A stretch of 62,635 nt of DNA, the filler included, from Basidiobolus meristosporus CBS 931.73 (taxonomy: Eukaryota; Fungi; Basidiobolomycota): the NCBI GenBank assembly GCA_002104905.1. It is 4 parts of 4 records of this genome, joined end to end, with 100 filler letters (N's around TTAATTAATTAA, not from the genome) between each part and the next. Parts side by side here need not be neighbours in the genome. Positions count along the whole stretch, not along the records: positions 59,047 to 62,635 come from MCFE01001365.1; 3 more parts are not named here. One strand, given 5' to 3'. Under the pieces are notes generated by a model. It ran no database searches. It was not told the DNA's origin and saw only the letters and a list, made by a program, of their open reading frames with translations. Shown here one piece after another: positions 61,343 to 62,635 of the stretch (positions are counted from its first letter, which is position 1; the number at the start of each line of letters is the position of its first letter). Both the position numbers and the translations under genes were made by a program.

Positions 61343-62413
61343 TGTAGTGGGGTGACAGTGACACCCACTGACAGATGTGCTCATTCCCTTATTTTCTACT
61401 TCCCTATATCTCTACTACACTTATTTTAGTTTTATCCCATTTGTCTTACCCAATCAGTACTATCCCATAAGCCGGTTGACTATCACACCTGCTTACCTTA
61501 TTGCATAAGTTAACCCTCACTTTATGTAAGATTACTAGCTATAAGTACTTCTATATTAGGCAAGTACCCGCGCCAGTACCCGTGACACATGATCAGCCCG
61601 TGTCACCATCCCTACCATTTCCATACCATATATGGTATCCCCATGTTACGCAGGTTTCAGAATACTGATTCCTGATTGGTTGGATGTGCTGTGCCTCTTA
61701 GAACCTTCCGGCACCTACTTAGAACATTCTTAGGTCATTCTGATGTCATTAAGATTTCTATTGATCTCCGGAACCTTCTGGAACACCATGATTAGTAATC
61801 ACTTAGCCAGTGAGAAAAGTATATAAGGGAGGCTATCCCTCAACAATAAATCATCATCCCTTTTATCAATATACCGACTTGTTGATTAGTGTGATCACTG
61901 CTACCTGCTGCTACCTGAACTTCCAACCCTAGACCACAGGACACTCCCAGGAAACCGCGCTGACAGCCAACTGACCTTGGAGGCACTACTTGTGAGGAAT
62001 ACTCAGAGTAGGTATCTTTTATTATATTTGATTCTTTCCCAAGTTTGTTCTTGTACAGGCAAAGATACTTTTCTGTCTTTGTAACTATTGACCAAAGCTG
62101 CATTCTTCTCAAGTCCCTGCTGGTGGAGTTTACAGTTGTTTTGACTTTGGAAGCTTTAGTACATTGTCATCTCAAAGGACGCTGAACCCAGCACATACTT
62201 TTGTTAAGACGCCAACTAAGTTGGGGATTGTAGCTCAATAGTTTTCCCTTGACAAGCTTGTGGCTTTATTCCCCTTCACATTAGATTAGAGACAGAACCC
62301 AAGTATTCCTAGCAAGCTTTTGCCAGAGGTTATTGCACCCAGTGAACACCCCACACACAAAACACTTGAGAAGTGTTGGACGTATCTCTCCCTTGGACTT
62401 ATACACCACCACA
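61343..62413 (+). repeat. 5' LTR (~1.07 kb) of a gypsy-type element inserted into the chromovirus integrase
   Basis: TGTAGTGG...CCACCACA terminal inverted repeat, internal TATATAA and AATAAA, followed by PBS and gag. Confidence 0.8.
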
Positions 62414-62417
62414 TAAT

Positions 62418-62435
62418 TGGCACCCAACGTGGGGG
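62418..62435 (+). promoter_or_regulatory. tRNA-Lys(1,2)-type primer-binding site
   Basis: TGGCACCCAACGTGGGGG vs canonical TGGCGCCCAACGTGGGGC. Confidence 0.85.
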
Positions 62436-62553
62436 TTCATACAAGCTCCCTAGGACCCAACAAGATTTACCTGAAGATTTGAGCTGTTATCCACCTATTG
62501 AAAAGAGACTACCAATATTACCAAGATTACAACACCAACATACCTGCCCAAAA

Positions 62554-62635
62554 ATGAACTCTATGCCATTACCACTCTCACATGGAGCCCCACAGTTTGA
62601 TGGAAAGAATGTGGAGAGCTTCATATTCAAATGGG
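62554..62635 (+). CDS. start of gypsy gag ORF (runs off window)
   Basis: MNSMPLPLSHGAPQFDGKNVESFIFKW resembles fungal gypsy gag N-termini (MP..AP.FDG.NV..F). Confidence 0.7.
   Translation, partial: MNSMPLPLSHGAPQFDGKNVESFIFKW

Overview
Eukaryotic, intron-rich genomic DNA from what looks like an early-diverging fungus (inferred from short GT-AG introns, chitin synthase, fungal copia/gypsy types and a ZZZ3 orthologue). A gene-dense block (~4.8-34.8 kb) holds VPS53, CDC73, a ZZZ3-like gene, partial COG3, an RlpA/expansin-like secreted protein, an intronless V-ATPase a subunit, an SDR, ATP2, a class IV-like chitin synthase, a kelch membrane protein, NRK1 and cofilin. It is flanked by transposon-rich DNA: one Ty1/copia family (about 11 LTR copies, Ty5-type half-tRNAiMet PBS, self-nesting), Ty3/gypsy elements, a Harbinger-like transposase and an ADH gene island. 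The repeats show strong CpG->TpG/CpA decay. The most unusual structure is at 50989-51850 and 54700-58946: a head-to-tail chain of separate retro-modules (tRNA-derived SINE-like RNA, ORF1-like-only module x2, LINE-type RT without any visible endonuclease, second RT family). Every module ends in the same AATAAA + TCACC/GGTGA stem-loop + CCCC(C)TA(A) tail and is joined to the previous DNA end through (T)TAGGG, i.e. telomere-like sequence. The interrupted host elements do not resume. I interpret this (inference) as a modular, possibly endonuclease-independent, telomere-repeat/DNA-end-primed retroelement system. All alignments and identities were done by eye; coordinates of degenerate elements are approximate.
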